From: an uncultured virus (IMG/VR IMGVR_UViG_3300009152_000029)
Lineage: Duplodnaviria; Heunggongvirae; Uroviricota; Caudoviricetes
Strand: one strand, 5' to 3'
Virus record (IMG/VR): IMGVR_UViG_3300009152_000029
DNA: 64,000 bases
Numbering within the stretch: the stretch's first letter is position 1; each line of letters opens with the position of its first letter. The translations under genes and the position numbers were made by a program. Under the pieces are notes generated by a model. That model did not search any database and was not told the DNA's origin. It saw nothing but the letters and a program-made list of their open reading frames with translations. Below are positions 19,777 through 29,677 of the stretch, in pieces.

Positions 19777-20496
19777 GTGAACAATCTAGTGTGTTTCTTA
19801 ATAAAATCGCAGGAAGAGCTTGAAAAAGTAGCTTATCAGACCAGTCAAATTAACTACCACAGATATTTTATTCTGGTAGGTTTTGAAGCTTCCAAAACCT
19901 CAAGATTTACAATTGATACTGATTCTTTTTTGGAAATAAAAAGTTATGATGATGACACAAATTTACTGAAAAGATTAATTCTGTGTTACTCTTTACCTAA
20001 TTATGAAAACATTGCTGTATATTTATCAAATAATGTTTTAAGCTTAAATGATTTACAGCAATGTTTTCATTCTTTATTGAATGGAGAACATACAAATAAA
20101 GATTATTTATTTTCAATTTCACGAGCAGATTTTGTGTTCAATAGTGTTCTAGAACCTTTGGACATAAAACAATCCATAACTAATTATTCAGACATCATTT
20201 CGCAAGCTATGAATGGTGAGCTAATTTCATATGGAGATTTCAAAATAGCAATGAAAGAACTTTTACCTGAAAAAAATCTAATTATGGATGCTAGTTGTGA
20301 GTTTATGCCATTTGAGTTGCAAAATATAATAATTGAACATAATAAAAATAATTATTTGACAAAAATCAATTTTTATTACAATAGAATCAAAGAACACGAT
20401 GACTGCATTATGTTATTTGATTTACCTACTACTGTTTCTAATTACTCTATGCAAATAAAATCCATAGAAGGTTTTGAGCTTTACTACAGAATCTAA
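19777..20496 (+). CDS. hypothetical protein
   Basis: 239-aa ORF with GTG start. Confidence 0.55.
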   Translation: MNNLVCFLIKSQEELEKVAYQTSQINYHRYFILVGFEASKTSRFTIDTDSFLEIKSYDDDTNLLKRLILCYSLPNYENIAVYLSNNVLSLNDLQQCFHSLLNGEHTNKDYLFSISRADFVFNSVLEPLDIKQSITNYSDIISQAMNGELISYGDFKIAMKELLPEKNLIMDASCEFMPFELQNIIIEHNKNNYLTKINFYYNRIKEHDDCIMLFDLPTTVSNYSMQIKSIEGFELYYRI

Positions 20497-21879
20497 CTAT
20501 TCTGGTTCTGCGCTGCCTTCAAATATTAACCCATTTGTTTGAGGATATTTTTGATACCAGAGTTCTAAAGCTTTATGGCAATGTTCTGCATATTTATAAT
20601 GAGAACCAACTCCAGTCCTTAATTCCATTTCGTAAATAAAATTATTTGCAGTAGTTGTATGCTCAAAGAAATATTTATGACCTAAAGAAGTAAAATAAAT
20701 ATATTCTGGAATTGAGTTCATAAGTTTTCTTGCAGCTTCAGATGATTGGCTGAAATTACTATGCAACAGATTTATTTTTTCGGAAACTGCAGACTGTTCG
20801 TTTGGAATCTGATCTGTTGCACCATAAAAGCCTATTGGAACTAGAGAACAATACTTAGAGCCAGTTCTATGACGATTTAGGTCTCTTATTTCTCCAAATG
20901 TAATACCTTCCCAGCTAAATGTTACTGGAATTTGAGATATTGTATGACCAAATGGAGAATATCTATTAGTTCTGAAAGATAAAGCTTCAATGTCAAGTTT
21001 TTTATTTGTATGTACTTTCAGTGAAGTATCACATTGATTTGAAGAAGGCAAGAACTTATTCTTCATTTTGCAATACTTTTTCTCAAAGTTATTTTCAAAA
21101 GAATAAAAATCTTTTATTGCTTGTGTTGGACGACAATGTTTTACAAGTCGTGATGCACCAATCTTTAGTTTTTCTTCAATTTCTTTACCAATAAGGTTCA
21201 ATTCACGTAAAGAATGAGACTGTAGATGTGCTGACATATTTGCCCAAGCACGAGCAGATTGAATCATCATCACGCCAGTCATTGCAGAAACAGGAAGATA
21301 AACTCTAGCTCTGTCAAATGCAAAATTACGCATCATTCTGGATACTTGTTTCTTATCTTTATCAGATGACGAATTGAGCAAAAGAGATGATATTTTGGTT
21401 AATTCTGGATGTAAATTGCCTAGATCAGTCCAATATTCAAGTGCTAATTCATAAGATTGAAATGATTTTTCAACATATTTCCAATAATCTAATTTTAAAT
21501 GTTCAGGAATGCCTAAAGTGTCATCATCAACTACACTATTAGCATCTAACTTAATGTATCTTGTTGAACATTCTTGTCCACCAGCAGTAGGAGCTAATGT
21601 CCAAAGAAAATATGCTGCAAACAAAGAGATATCATCAATAAATAAGGCGACTGGAGCCATATCCGCAATAGAAGCGTGTCCGTAATCTACCATCTTGAAA
21701 ATACCATCAACTGATTTGTCTGTATTTGAGAAATCAATCTTTGATACAATAGCATCAAGCCCTTCATTATTCCTAGAATAACGAGCTCCTGTGGCTGCAA
21801 GTAATTCGGGAGTTAATGCATAGCAATCATTTTGTTTAGCAGATTCAGTTGGGCATATTGAAACGTATTGTATTTTCAT
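20497..21879 (-). CDS. thyX: FAD-dependent thymidylate synthase ThyX-like (long form)
   Basis: YGHASIA, ECSTRY, FDRARVYLP, RDLNRHRT, ELRT motifs. Confidence 0.75.
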   Translation of the reverse strand: MKIQYVSICPTESAKQNDCYALTPELLAATGARYSRNNEGLDAIVSKIDFSNTDKSVDGIFKMVDYGHASIADMAPVALFIDDISLFAAYFLWTLAPTAGGQECSTRYIKLDANSVVDDDTLGIPEHLKLDYWKYVEKSFQSYELALEYWTDLGNLHPELTKISSLLLNSSSDKDKKQVSRMMRNFAFDRARVYLPVSAMTGVMMIQSARAWANMSAHLQSHSLRELNLIGKEIEEKLKIGASRLVKHCRPTQAIKDFYSFENNFEKKYCKMKNKFLPSSNQCDTSLKVHTNKKLDIEALSFRTNRYSPFGHTISQIPVTFSWEGITFGEIRDLNRHRTGSKYCSLVPIGFYGATDQIPNEQSAVSEKINLLHSNFSQSSEAARKLMNSIPEYIYFTSLGHKYFFEHTTTANNFIYEMELRTGVGSHYKYAEHCHKALELWYQKYPQTNGLIFEGSAEPE

Positions 21880-21985
21880 AATTTATACCTTTGTTCAAGA
21901 GCAGAGCGCCTTTCCCTTTTTACATAGACGATACTCTTGAACAATCTTATTTTACAGAAACCATTGCTGAAAGTCAATGGATAAA

Positions 21986-22011
21986 AGGAAATAAAAAGCT
22001 CTCGCAAGAAA
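21986..22011 (+). promoter_or_regulatory. putative late promoter AGG-N18-AGAAA
   Basis: Same spacing as the other copies; precedes a structural-like gene. Confidence 0.5.
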
Positions 22012-22050
22012 AATAATCAATAAGAAGTCTGCTAAAACGGAGCATCATTT

Positions 22051-23073
22051 ATGAGTGTCGTCAATGGTTTATATAATCAAATATTAAAGTCATCAGTTGG
22101 ATTTACAGTTTCAGGCACATCTGTATATGCAACTATACCTTGGTATCCCCAATCAACAATAGATGAATTAAGAATTACAAATGTATCAGGCACAGCATTT
22201 ACAGTATCTGCATTTAGTATTTTAAATACGGGAGCTCATTACAGAAATAGTACTACAGATGGTAAAGCTCATTTAATTTACAGAGATGGCACAGATGTAA
22301 ATGCTACCGCTGCAGAATCTTTCATTGCCAGATGGGGTTTTAATCCTGCAATTTACCACGAACAATTATATAATAGACCTTTCTTAAATGTTGCTTTTAC
22401 ATTTACTGAGTCTAGAAGCAATATTGCCTTAAGAATATCAGCGATTGGTAAGAAAGCGTTACCTTTAGATTATCCTAGATCTGATACTCAAGGTATAGAA
22501 AGTATTGATGATTATAGAGTTTTGGTTGGAAAAGCACAAACTGGAACTGGCGGTACTGCTGGAACAATATACGATGTGACAGGTATTGCAAAAGGTAATG
22601 GTGGAGAAAATGCTTCTCAATTTAACCTTAATGCTACAACAGACTATATCTATATTGGGTCAAGAAAGAAAATTGATCACTGGGAATTCCAAGTTGGTAC
22701 TGGCCTTACTGCTCCTGCTAATTTACTAGGACAAGTTTGGAGTGGGACCGCTTGGTCTTCCTTTACAGTAATTGATGATACTTCTACAGGTAATTCAGAT
22801 ACTATGAAATTCTCTGGCATTGTAGAAGGCTCTGGTCTTGGTAGTTCAACATGGGTTCCAGTAAAAGCTGATTTTTCCGCTAACACTTTACTTCCTAACG
22901 ATCCATTAACAGTTCAACAAAATAGAATAATTGCTGGTGGATATCCAATTGTTGTTCTTCCGCCTAATCCTGAAAGATATTGGGTAAGATTCAATCTTTC
23001 AGCTGTAGCAGCTGATGGATTAGTAACATTCAATAAAATACTTCCAGTATCAGAAACTTACGAAACATACTAA
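22051..23073 (+). CDS. putative virion structural/tail protein
   Basis: G/T/S-rich, beta-rich; YWVRF motif; late promoter and terminator. Confidence 0.6.
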   Translation: MSVVNGLYNQILKSSVGFTVSGTSVYATIPWYPQSTIDELRITNVSGTAFTVSAFSILNTGAHYRNSTTDGKAHLIYRDGTDVNATAAESFIARWGFNPAIYHEQLYNRPFLNVAFTFTESRSNIALRISAIGKKALPLDYPRSDTQGIESIDDYRVLVGKAQTGTGGTAGTIYDVTGIAKGNGGENASQFNLNATTDYIYIGSRKKIDHWEFQVGTGLTAPANLLGQVWSGTAWSSFTVIDDTSTGNSDTMKFSGIVEGSGLGSSTWVPVKADFSANTLLPNDPLTVQQNRIIAGGYPIVVLPPNPERYWVRFNLSAVAADGLVTFNKILPVSETYETY

Positions 23074-23075
23074 AT

Positions 23076-23105
23076 AAAAAAAGCTCCCAAAAGGGAGCTT
23101 TTTTT
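23076..23105. terminator. bidirectional intrinsic terminator
   Basis: AAAAAAAGCTCCC-aaaa-GGGAGCTTTTTTT. Confidence 0.75.
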
Positions 23106-23637
23106 ATATCCTTTCAACTTGAGCGTATTCAATTTCGATTGGTGTATCTCGGCCAAATAAGGAAATCATTACCTTGAGTATTTCTTTATCTTCGTAAACA
23201 GTTTCAATTTTACCAGTAAACTCTGAAAACGGGCCTTCAATAATTCTTACAAGCATATCTTTTGAAAACTTCTTTTTAGGAGTGAATCCTTTGTTTGGGT
23301 CAAGGGAATCTAAGATAGCTTTAATTTCAGAGTCCTTAAGTGCTACTGGTTTTTTTGCACTAGATGAAACAAAATTTGTAACTCCCGGAACTCTTCTTAT
23401 AAAGTTAAAAGTTTCATCATCTAATTTCATTTTGACAAGAACGTATCCAGGAAAAACTTTATTTTGTTTTTCAATTTTTTTTCCTTGAACTCTCTTAACT
23501 TCTGTGTCAACAGGAACTATAATTTCTGTAACTTTATCTTCAAATCCACGTTCTTTCTTGACTTTTTCAATATAGCTCTTTACTTTATTTTCATATTGAG
23601 AAAGAACGTGAACAGCATACCAATTTTCTTTGACCAT
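23104..23637 (-). CDS. nusG: transcription termination/antitermination factor NusG
   Basis: WYAVHVLSQYENKV, FPGYVLVKM, KOW motif VRIIEGPFSEFTG, FGRDTPIE. Confidence 0.95.
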   Translation of the reverse strand: MVKENWYAVHVLSQYENKVKSYIEKVKKERGFEDKVTEIIVPVDTEVKRVQGKKIEKQNKVFPGYVLVKMKLDDETFNFIRRVPGVTNFVSSSAKKPVALKDSEIKAILDSLDPNKGFTPKKKFSKDMLVRIIEGPFSEFTGKIETVYEDKEILKVMISLFGRDTPIEIEYAQVERI

Positions 23638-23972
23638 TAGACTGTTTTCTTCCTCGTTCTTTTAGGCTTAGTAGCATTTTCCACCCACATCCAGACTTGT
23701 ACATATGCTCCATCCTTCATAGTGGAAATCATTGCATCATCATCAACAATAAAATCTTCATTATCAATAGAATCAACATCATAAGATTTGAGCTTGCTAA
23801 TTGCAGTTGTCTTGTATTCTAAATTCTTTTTAATATTTTCTTTGGTGCACAAATTCTTGTAATAGTCAAGCTTGTGAATGAAATTATTCACGTCAATATC
23901 TTTGTCATTTTTCAATCTATTCTTGATTAAATTGATTTCTTGCTCACTCATAAGAACATAATTACTTTTCAT
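23637..23972 (-). CDS. hypothetical phage protein
   Basis: Coupled to nusG; DGAYVQVWMWV motif. Confidence 0.6.
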   Translation of the reverse strand: MKSNYVLMSEQEINLIKNRLKNDKDIDVNNFIHKLDYYKNLCTKENIKKNLEYKTTAISKLKSYDVDSIDNEDFIVDDDAMISTMKDGAYVQVWMWVENATKPKRTRKKTV

Positions 23973-24517
23973 TACTTAATCTTCCCCCATTTAAAATCGT
24001 GAAGTGCGTTACTTCCAATGCCATCGTGACACAATGATTTCTTTTTGCGTTCGATGATTCTCCACAAAAATTTACCTGATTTTACTAAAAATTTTGCTTC
24101 TAAATCTTTAATTGCAAACATTTGGTCGAGAGTTGGTCTAATGCAAGTTTCTACATAAATCGCTTTATTCTTGGAAATAAAAACTTTCATACAACCAGAA
24201 AAATACATTATATCAAGAGCTGGACTGTTTGAAAAGCTCATGTTAGCAAGTTCTCTGGTAATTTTTCTAGCAGATTTGTCAAAATCTTCAATTTGATTTG
24301 AAATTTTTCCATTTCTGTATATCCAAAACCCATAACACTCGTGTTCACAATCTTCAGATTCCATAGTTTCGATATATTCATCTGGAGAGACATATTCAAA
24401 AAATTCATCTATGATATTGGTATTTTTAAGCATAGAATTTCTTGGCAAATCATTAGCAATATAGCTAAATGCATTTTCCATTTTTCTATTTAACAAATCA
24501 CATAAATCATAATTCAT
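23972..24517 (-). CDS. hypothetical protein
   Basis: Coupled ORF. Confidence 0.6.
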   Translation of the reverse strand: MNYDLCDLLNRKMENAFSYIANDLPRNSMLKNTNIIDEFFEYVSPDEYIETMESEDCEHECYGFWIYRNGKISNQIEDFDKSARKITRELANMSFSNSPALDIMYFSGCMKVFISKNKAIYVETCIRPTLDQMFAIKDLEAKFLVKSGKFLWRIIERKKKSLCHDGIGSNALHDFKWGKIK

Positions 24518-24574
24518 ACAAAAGATTATACTGCGATAAATTTTTATTTTAAGAAAATAGAAATAATTTTTTAA

Positions 24575-24600
24575 AGGTTTTTATTTTTAACCAGTAGAAT
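24575..24600 (+). promoter_or_regulatory. putative late promoter AGG-N18-AGAAT
   Basis: Exact consensus upstream of the tagged LysM gene. Confidence 0.55.
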
Positions 24601-24637
24601 AAATTAGTAAATATCTACATTAGATAAGGATTTTATA

Positions 24638-25135
24638 ATGTCAAAGTTTCAAAAATTAGCTCAAATTAATAAAATTGCAAATGAATGCGCACAAGATGGT
24701 GATTTTGTTTTAGCGTCAAAATTTCACAATGAATTTATGAAAGTTGCACAGGAAAAGAGAACATATAAAGTTACAGATTTTAGAGAATTTTTAAGAGACA
24801 TTGCTGAAAAAACTGGCGTATCAGTCATGCAATTAAAAGGATACAATCCTGGAGTTAAAAATGTACTTTATGAAGGTCAAACAATAAATTTAGGTCCAGC
24901 ACCAAGGAAAGATGCTCCTGGGGTGTATACAGTTTCCCAAGGCGATTCATTAAGTTCAATCGCATCACGTAAGGGAATAAGCTTACAAATGTTATTAAAA
25001 TTAAATCCTCAAATCAACCCTAAAAATGTTTTGCAACCTGGAACTAAACTTAAAGTTCCAGCAATGAAAAGCTCATTAGAAGAAAGTCCAATGGATTTTA
25101 TGGCAGAAGAAATGCCTGAAATGCCAGAAATGTAA
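24638..25135 (+). CDS. two-LysM-domain protein with N-terminal helical tag
   Basis: YTVSQGDSLSSIA...LLKLNP...LQPGTKLKVP; tag INKIANECAQDGDFVLASKFHNEFMKVAQ. Confidence 0.85.
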   Translation: MSKFQKLAQINKIANECAQDGDFVLASKFHNEFMKVAQEKRTYKVTDFREFLRDIAEKTGVSVMQLKGYNPGVKNVLYEGQTINLGPAPRKDAPGVYTVSQGDSLSSIASRKGISLQMLLKLNPQINPKNVLQPGTKLKVPAMKSSLEESPMDFMAEEMPEMPEM

Positions 25136-25136
25136 T

Positions 25137-25161
25137 AAAAATCCCCTTCGGGGGATTTTTT
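25137..25161 (+). terminator. intrinsic terminator
   Basis: AAAAATCCCC-ttcg-GGGGATTTTTT. Confidence 0.75.
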
Positions 25162-25278
25162 ATTTAAAAGGAATATTTTTCTCTAAACTTGGTATAATAT
25201 TTACTGAGTGCATTCACTCAGGTGATCTTTCAGACACCTATTATCAAGCGTACCTAATGGGCGCAAATGGAGAAATAT

Positions 25279-25776
25279 ATGGCTAGTATAGATGATGTAT
25301 TAAATCTACCTCAGCGTAGAATTTTAATGCCACAACGTAATATGATCATGGCTCAACATGAACAGATTATTAATAAGTTTTTTGACGATTTTTTAGGTAA
25401 TCGTAAAAACTTTATTCATTCCAACACTTCTTATCCAAAAATGGATATCTTTGAAGACGATTTTTATTTCTGCTTGGATTTTGCTGTACCAGGTGTTGTA
25501 GAAAAAGATCTTGACATTGAAGTTGTCAAGGAAACAAAACTTCTTACAATTACTGGAAGTTCAAGAATTTTAAGAGAGAAAAGTTATTTCTATCATCTTA
25601 AGGAATTAAAACAATCTGCTTTTACAAGAACAATTCAATTACCAGATGATCTTGAACTTGAACCTGAAGTTTGTCATTTAGAAGATGGTGTCTTGAAATT
25701 AGCTTTCAAAAAGATTATTCTGAAAGCTGAAGAACCAAAAGAAACAGTTAAGAAGATTTCAATCAAGAAATCATAA
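25279..25776 (+). CDS. small heat shock protein Hsp20
   Basis: YPKMDIFE, AVPGV, FTRTIQLP, LEDGVLKL and C-terminal ISI motif; GGAG RBS before ATG 25279. Confidence 0.88.
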   Translation: MASIDDVLNLPQRRILMPQRNMIMAQHEQIINKFFDDFLGNRKNFIHSNTSYPKMDIFEDDFYFCLDFAVPGVVEKDLDIEVVKETKLLTITGSSRILREKSYFYHLKELKQSAFTRTIQLPDDLELEPEVCHLEDGVLKLAFKKIILKAEEPKETVKKISIKKS

Positions 25777-25829
25777 ACAAAAAGGGGAAGAAGCAATTCT
25801 TCCCCTTTTTTATTCTGTATCATAAATTT

Positions 25830-26597
25830 ATGCAAACAAAAAATATTTTAATAGGCCCTAAGCTTGGTGATTTATTCCATATGCTTACTGTCCCCAAATA
25901 TTTGTATTATTTTTATGGAGTAAAATCTAACATATATATAACTGAAAAGTTTGATAAATTTAGCACTGGATTAGAAGATACTTATCATAGCTTGTATCAA
26001 ATTATTATTTCGCAATCTTTTACCCAATCATTTCAAATTTACAATGGCGAAAAAATTGATTATGATTTAAATTTATTCCGCACTAATGGAATGTGGTGTA
26101 CTCGTCCTTTCTGGGCAATATTTTTGCATACAGCTTTTCCAAATTGTCCAACTATTCCAAAAAATTTTAAAGTTTTAAATTGGAAGAAAAATGATCAATA
26201 CAAAGATCACTTGATTGTTCATAGAAAACCACTTTTTGATTTTAATAGTTTTGTTGAAAAACAATACCTGCAGTTGTTTGAACAATATGATAAAAAATTA
26301 TTTATTACTTATGATGAAAAGCTCTATGATGATTTCCCACTTAAGAAAAAAATAGATTTATTAGTTTGCAAGAATTTAGAAGAACAACTTACTATAATCA
26401 ACAGCGCTAAAATGAATTTATTTAATGCTACAGCTCCAATTACAATGGCATCTGTGTTAAATGCTCCTAGAATCGGTGAATTAGGTAAATGGATAAATAC
26501 ACTATATGGCTCAGATCATTTGTTTTATGACAATGTTGAATTTTTTGATGAATTTGAAATACTTTCACCAAATCCAAAAATATTAAGCTTGACATAA
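25830..26597 (+). CDS. putative glycosyltransferase-like protein
   Basis: LGDLFH N-terminal motif and LEEQLTIINSAKM..NATAP resemble GT-B/GT9-like proteins. Confidence 0.45.
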   Translation: MQTKNILIGPKLGDLFHMLTVPKYLYYFYGVKSNIYITEKFDKFSTGLEDTYHSLYQIIISQSFTQSFQIYNGEKIDYDLNLFRTNGMWCTRPFWAIFLHTAFPNCPTIPKNFKVLNWKKNDQYKDHLIVHRKPLFDFNSFVEKQYLQLFEQYDKKLFITYDEKLYDDFPLKKKIDLLVCKNLEEQLTIINSAKMNLFNATAPITMASVLNAPRIGELGKWINTLYGSDHLFYDNVEFFDEFEILSPNPKILSLT

Positions 26598-26608
26598 TCG
26601 AAAATATA

Positions 26609-27208
26609 GTGGATAATCAATATATGATTATTCCAACAGTTCTCGAAAAATCTGCTACAGGCGAACGTGCTTATGATCTGTATTCACGTTTGCTCAAGGA
26701 TCGCATCATTTTCCTTGGCGAAGAAGTCAACGAACATTCTATGAACCTCTGTATTATGCAGATGTTGTTTCTTGATCGTGAAGATCCTCATATGGCTATT
26801 GAATTTTACATTAATAGCCCAGGAGGAAGTGTAGTAGATGGTTTAGCATTATATGACGTTATGCACACCATTTCTGCACCAATTAATACTACCTGTGTTG
26901 GAACTGCTGCTAGTATGGGAGCAATCCTATTATGTGGAGGAACTGGTACTCGTTCTGCACTTCCACACTCTCGTATTATGATTCACCAAGTATCATCTGG
27001 ATATCGTGGAACAGCTGCTGACATCAACATTCAAGTAAAAGAGACTAATAAGCTTTATGACCAGTTGCTTGAAATTCTTTCTGTAAAGTCAGGACAAACA
27101 GTAAAGAAGCTTCGAAATGATTGTGACCGTGATTACTATATGAGCGCAGATGAAGCAAAGGCATATGGAATCATCGACACTGTGATTGAAAGCAAGAAGA
27201 CAAAATAA
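26609..27208 (+). CDS. clpP: ATP-dependent Clp protease proteolytic subunit
   Basis: YDLYSRLLKDRIIFLG, INSPGGSV, AASMGA, RIMIHQ, DRDYYMSA. Confidence 0.96.
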   Translation: MDNQYMIIPTVLEKSATGERAYDLYSRLLKDRIIFLGEEVNEHSMNLCIMQMLFLDREDPHMAIEFYINSPGGSVVDGLALYDVMHTISAPINTTCVGTAASMGAILLCGGTGTRSALPHSRIMIHQVSSGYRGTAADINIQVKETNKLYDQLLEILSVKSGQTVKKLRNDCDRDYYMSADEAKAYGIIDTVIESKKTK

Positions 27209-27240
27209 AAAAAGGGGAGAATAAATCTCCCCTTTTTTGT
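27207..27240. terminator. bidirectional intrinsic terminator
   Basis: AAAAAAGGGGAGA-ataaa-TCTCCCCTTTTTT. Confidence 0.75.
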
Positions 27241-27747
27241 TTAATAACTAGATTTTTCGTCTCTTTCTCTTTCATACGCCATAGCACCAGTATCAGGCAT
27301 AAAAGGTCTTGGCTTTGTTCTATCTTTAACTGTGAATAAAATATCGTATTTTTCTCCAAGTTCATCTGCCCATTCTTGTGCATATACAATAGCATCCATT
27401 TTATTATTTTCAAACTTGGCCATGTATCCTCCAGCTGATTCTCTTCCATGTTTTTCGCCAAGATAAATATTATCTTTATCTGTTGATAAGGTTGCACTTA
27501 CGTAAAAACCTCTATCACCTTTGCGCACTGCAACATTTGAGTTATTTCCAGGTGGATCAGGAAGGTTTGGCTCACGATCATCATCCATTTCCCCAAACAT
27601 TTCGTCGTATGTGCCTTCTTCGTCAAAATCACGGTCAAAAGCCAATTTCTTCATTACGCTTGTAAGAGCATTTGCTTCAACGTAAAACCCGCTACTGTCT
27701 AATTGATTAGCAATATTATTAATTTTTGCTATAATTTGTCTTTTCAT
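27241..27747 (-). CDS. protein with N-terminal helical tag
   Basis: MKRQIIAKINNIANQLDSSGFYVEANALTSVMKKLA; AGG-N18-AGAAG at 27780-27805. Confidence 0.7.
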   Translation of the reverse strand: MKRQIIAKINNIANQLDSSGFYVEANALTSVMKKLAFDRDFDEEGTYDEMFGEMDDDREPNLPDPPGNNSNVAVRKGDRGFYVSATLSTDKDNIYLGEKHGRESAGGYMAKFENNKMDAIVYAQEWADELGEKYDILFTVKDRTKPRPFMPDTGAMAYERERDEKSSY

Positions 27748-27853
27748 AGTGAATTCCTTTTTAGGATTTATAAAGTTTTCTTCTTACTTTTTTTTCATAG
27801 TTCCTCTTGCATTGTTTGTTTGTAAGCTATAATATTATTTTGAAGGGTACCAT

Positions 27854-28855
27854 ATGGCACAAATACTTAAGACAAAATCTATTTACTACAATGATGTAAA
27901 TCTTGTAGCTCAACCTTGTAAAGTTAAGTCACGCAAAGATATTCCTGTTGAATTAAATAGGATTATTGTATCTCCTATGGAAGCAATTGTAGGAAAGACA
28001 TTTGCTCTTAAAGCTAACGAACTTGGTCTCACTGTCTGTCTACATCGCTTCTGTTCTATCCAAGAGCAAGTAGAGCTTTATAATTCTTTACCTAACAGCA
28101 GAAATGTTTTTGTTTCCATAGGCTTAAATGATTGGGACAGAGTTGATGCGTTAGCCGAAGCAGGAGCAACGTCTTGGTTGATTGATATGGCAAATGGCTA
28201 TATGCATCAAGAAATTAACGATTGTGTCATTAAGCTTTCCGACAGAGCAAGAATTCACAATTTGATGATGGGCAACGTACACTCTGAACGTGGTTTTCAG
28301 ATGTTGTCAGCAATCAGAACTGATAAAACATTTATGAGATATGTCCGTGTAGGTATTGCTGGTGGTAGTCCTTGTGCAACCAATGATTCTACTGGATACA
28401 ATCGTGGGCCAATTACTGAAATTATGGAAATTGACCAGTCTAATCCTTGGGATCCTTTTTTAGATCATAGGCATAAACCATTTATTATTGCTGATGGTGG
28501 AATAAAGAATTCTGGCTATGCTGCTAAAGCTTTTGGTGCTGGCGCTGATTATGTAATGATGGGTGGATATTTTGCTAAAGCATTTGAAGCAGAGACTCAT
28601 CAAATAGGCGATGGTACTTATTGGGGTGGTGCATCTCATAAACAGCAGATTCTTTCCACTGGCAAAGCATATCGACATTCAGAAGGGAAAGAAGTAACAA
28701 TTCTTGATGAATTAAGCCCCCTTGAAACACTTGTCGATGAACTGTGGGGTGGTATATCTTCTGCTGTTTCTTATGGCGGTTATGATACACTTACTAACTT
28801 CATCGGCAATGGTGTTTTTGAAATTAAACAAAACTCATTACCACCAAGGAGATAA
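27854..28855 (+). CDS. guaC: GMP reductase / IMPDH family protein
   Basis: IDMANGY, VGIAGGSPCAT, IIADGGIK, AFGAGADYVMMGG, SEGK. Confidence 0.8.
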   Translation: MAQILKTKSIYYNDVNLVAQPCKVKSRKDIPVELNRIIVSPMEAIVGKTFALKANELGLTVCLHRFCSIQEQVELYNSLPNSRNVFVSIGLNDWDRVDALAEAGATSWLIDMANGYMHQEINDCVIKLSDRARIHNLMMGNVHSERGFQMLSAIRTDKTFMRYVRVGIAGGSPCATNDSTGYNRGPITEIMEIDQSNPWDPFLDHRHKPFIIADGGIKNSGYAAKAFGAGADYVMMGGYFAKAFEAETHQIGDGTYWGGASHKQQILSTGKAYRHSEGKEVTILDELSPLETLVDELWGGISSAVSYGGYDTLTNFIGNGVFEIKQNSLPPRR

Positions 28856-28857
28856 AT

Positions 28858-29160
28858 ATGATTAAAAGATTTTTTACCGAAGAACAATACGATGCTTTAA
28901 ATAAGGCATTAGTCAATTTTGATTTTATGATTTTGGAAAGAGGATGTAAAAGTCGCTTTGATTCACAAAAATCTCATTTAACTATCGTAGAAGATTTATA
29001 TCGAGCTATCTTGAGAAATTATGATTTACCTCAAGATAAATTTGAGGCTTCTTCGGCTGGGTGGTTAGTCAGAGTTGAAAAGCCATATAAAGTTACCGTA
29101 GAATGGAGTCCAAGAAACTCAGAAAACTATGGATGGACTATGAATTATGTCAAGAAATAA
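28858..29160 (+). CDS. hypothetical protein
   Basis: GGAG RBS; in operon. Confidence 0.6.
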   Translation: MIKRFFTEEQYDALNKALVNFDFMILERGCKSRFDSQKSHLTIVEDLYRAILRNYDLPQDKFEASSAGWLVRVEKPYKVTVEWSPRNSENYGWTMNYVKK

Positions 29161-29677
29161 ATTTTACGATAAAACTATTTTCGAAATCAAAAGTATGTTT
29201 AAAGACGAAACAGCTTTAGATATTCTTGATAATATGCAAGCAGTCTACGAAGCAAAGGATAATGATTATTCTGCTACTGGTCTTCCTATGGGCAATCTGC
29301 GCAAGTGTGAGGATGCTGGGATTGATGCTTGGCGAGGTTGTTTAGTAAGAATTGGCGATAAAATGTCTCGTCTTGAAAACTTTCTCAAAGAAAAAGAATA
29401 TCTTGTTCTTTCTGAAAAAGCTGAAGATACAGTAATTGATCTTGCTAACTATGCTATTTTGATGTCTTGTCTCATTCAGGAAATTAAAAAACCACATTCA
29501 AACTTTTATGAGAATTTATCTAATCGTGCTCAAGAAAATCTAGTAAGTCTTTCTTATTATTGTGTTTTTCAGGCAATGTTATGGAAAAACAATGATACTG
29601 AAAATGGTTTGGTGTTTCTTGAAAAAGCATTGAGTTATTGGAAACCTTTGTGCGATTATTCATTAGAAATGCAATGA
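29147..29677 (+). CDS. nucleotide modification associated domain 1 (DUF1599-like) protein
   Basis: KDNDYS..., RIGDKMSRLEN, EDTVIDLANYAIL. Confidence 0.7.
   Translation: MSRNKFYDKTIFEIKSMFKDETALDILDNMQAVYEAKDNDYSATGLPMGNLRKCEDAGIDAWRGCLVRIGDKMSRLENFLKEKEYLVLSEKAEDTVIDLANYAILMSCLIQEIKKPHSNFYENLSNRAQENLVSLSYYCVFQAMLWKNNDTENGLVFLEKALSYWKPLCDYSLEMQ

Noticed and set aside
25204..25222. CIRCE operator upstream of Hsp20
   Set aside because: The sequence is GAGTG..CACTC, the inverse arrangement of TTAGCACTC-N9-GAGTGCTAA.
16996..27208. Cellular chromosome origin suggested by groEL, ruvB, nusG and clpP
   Set aside because: The usual partners (groES, ruvA, secE/rplK, clpX/tig) are absent and the neighbours are phage-type genes (rIIAB, head-associated motifs).
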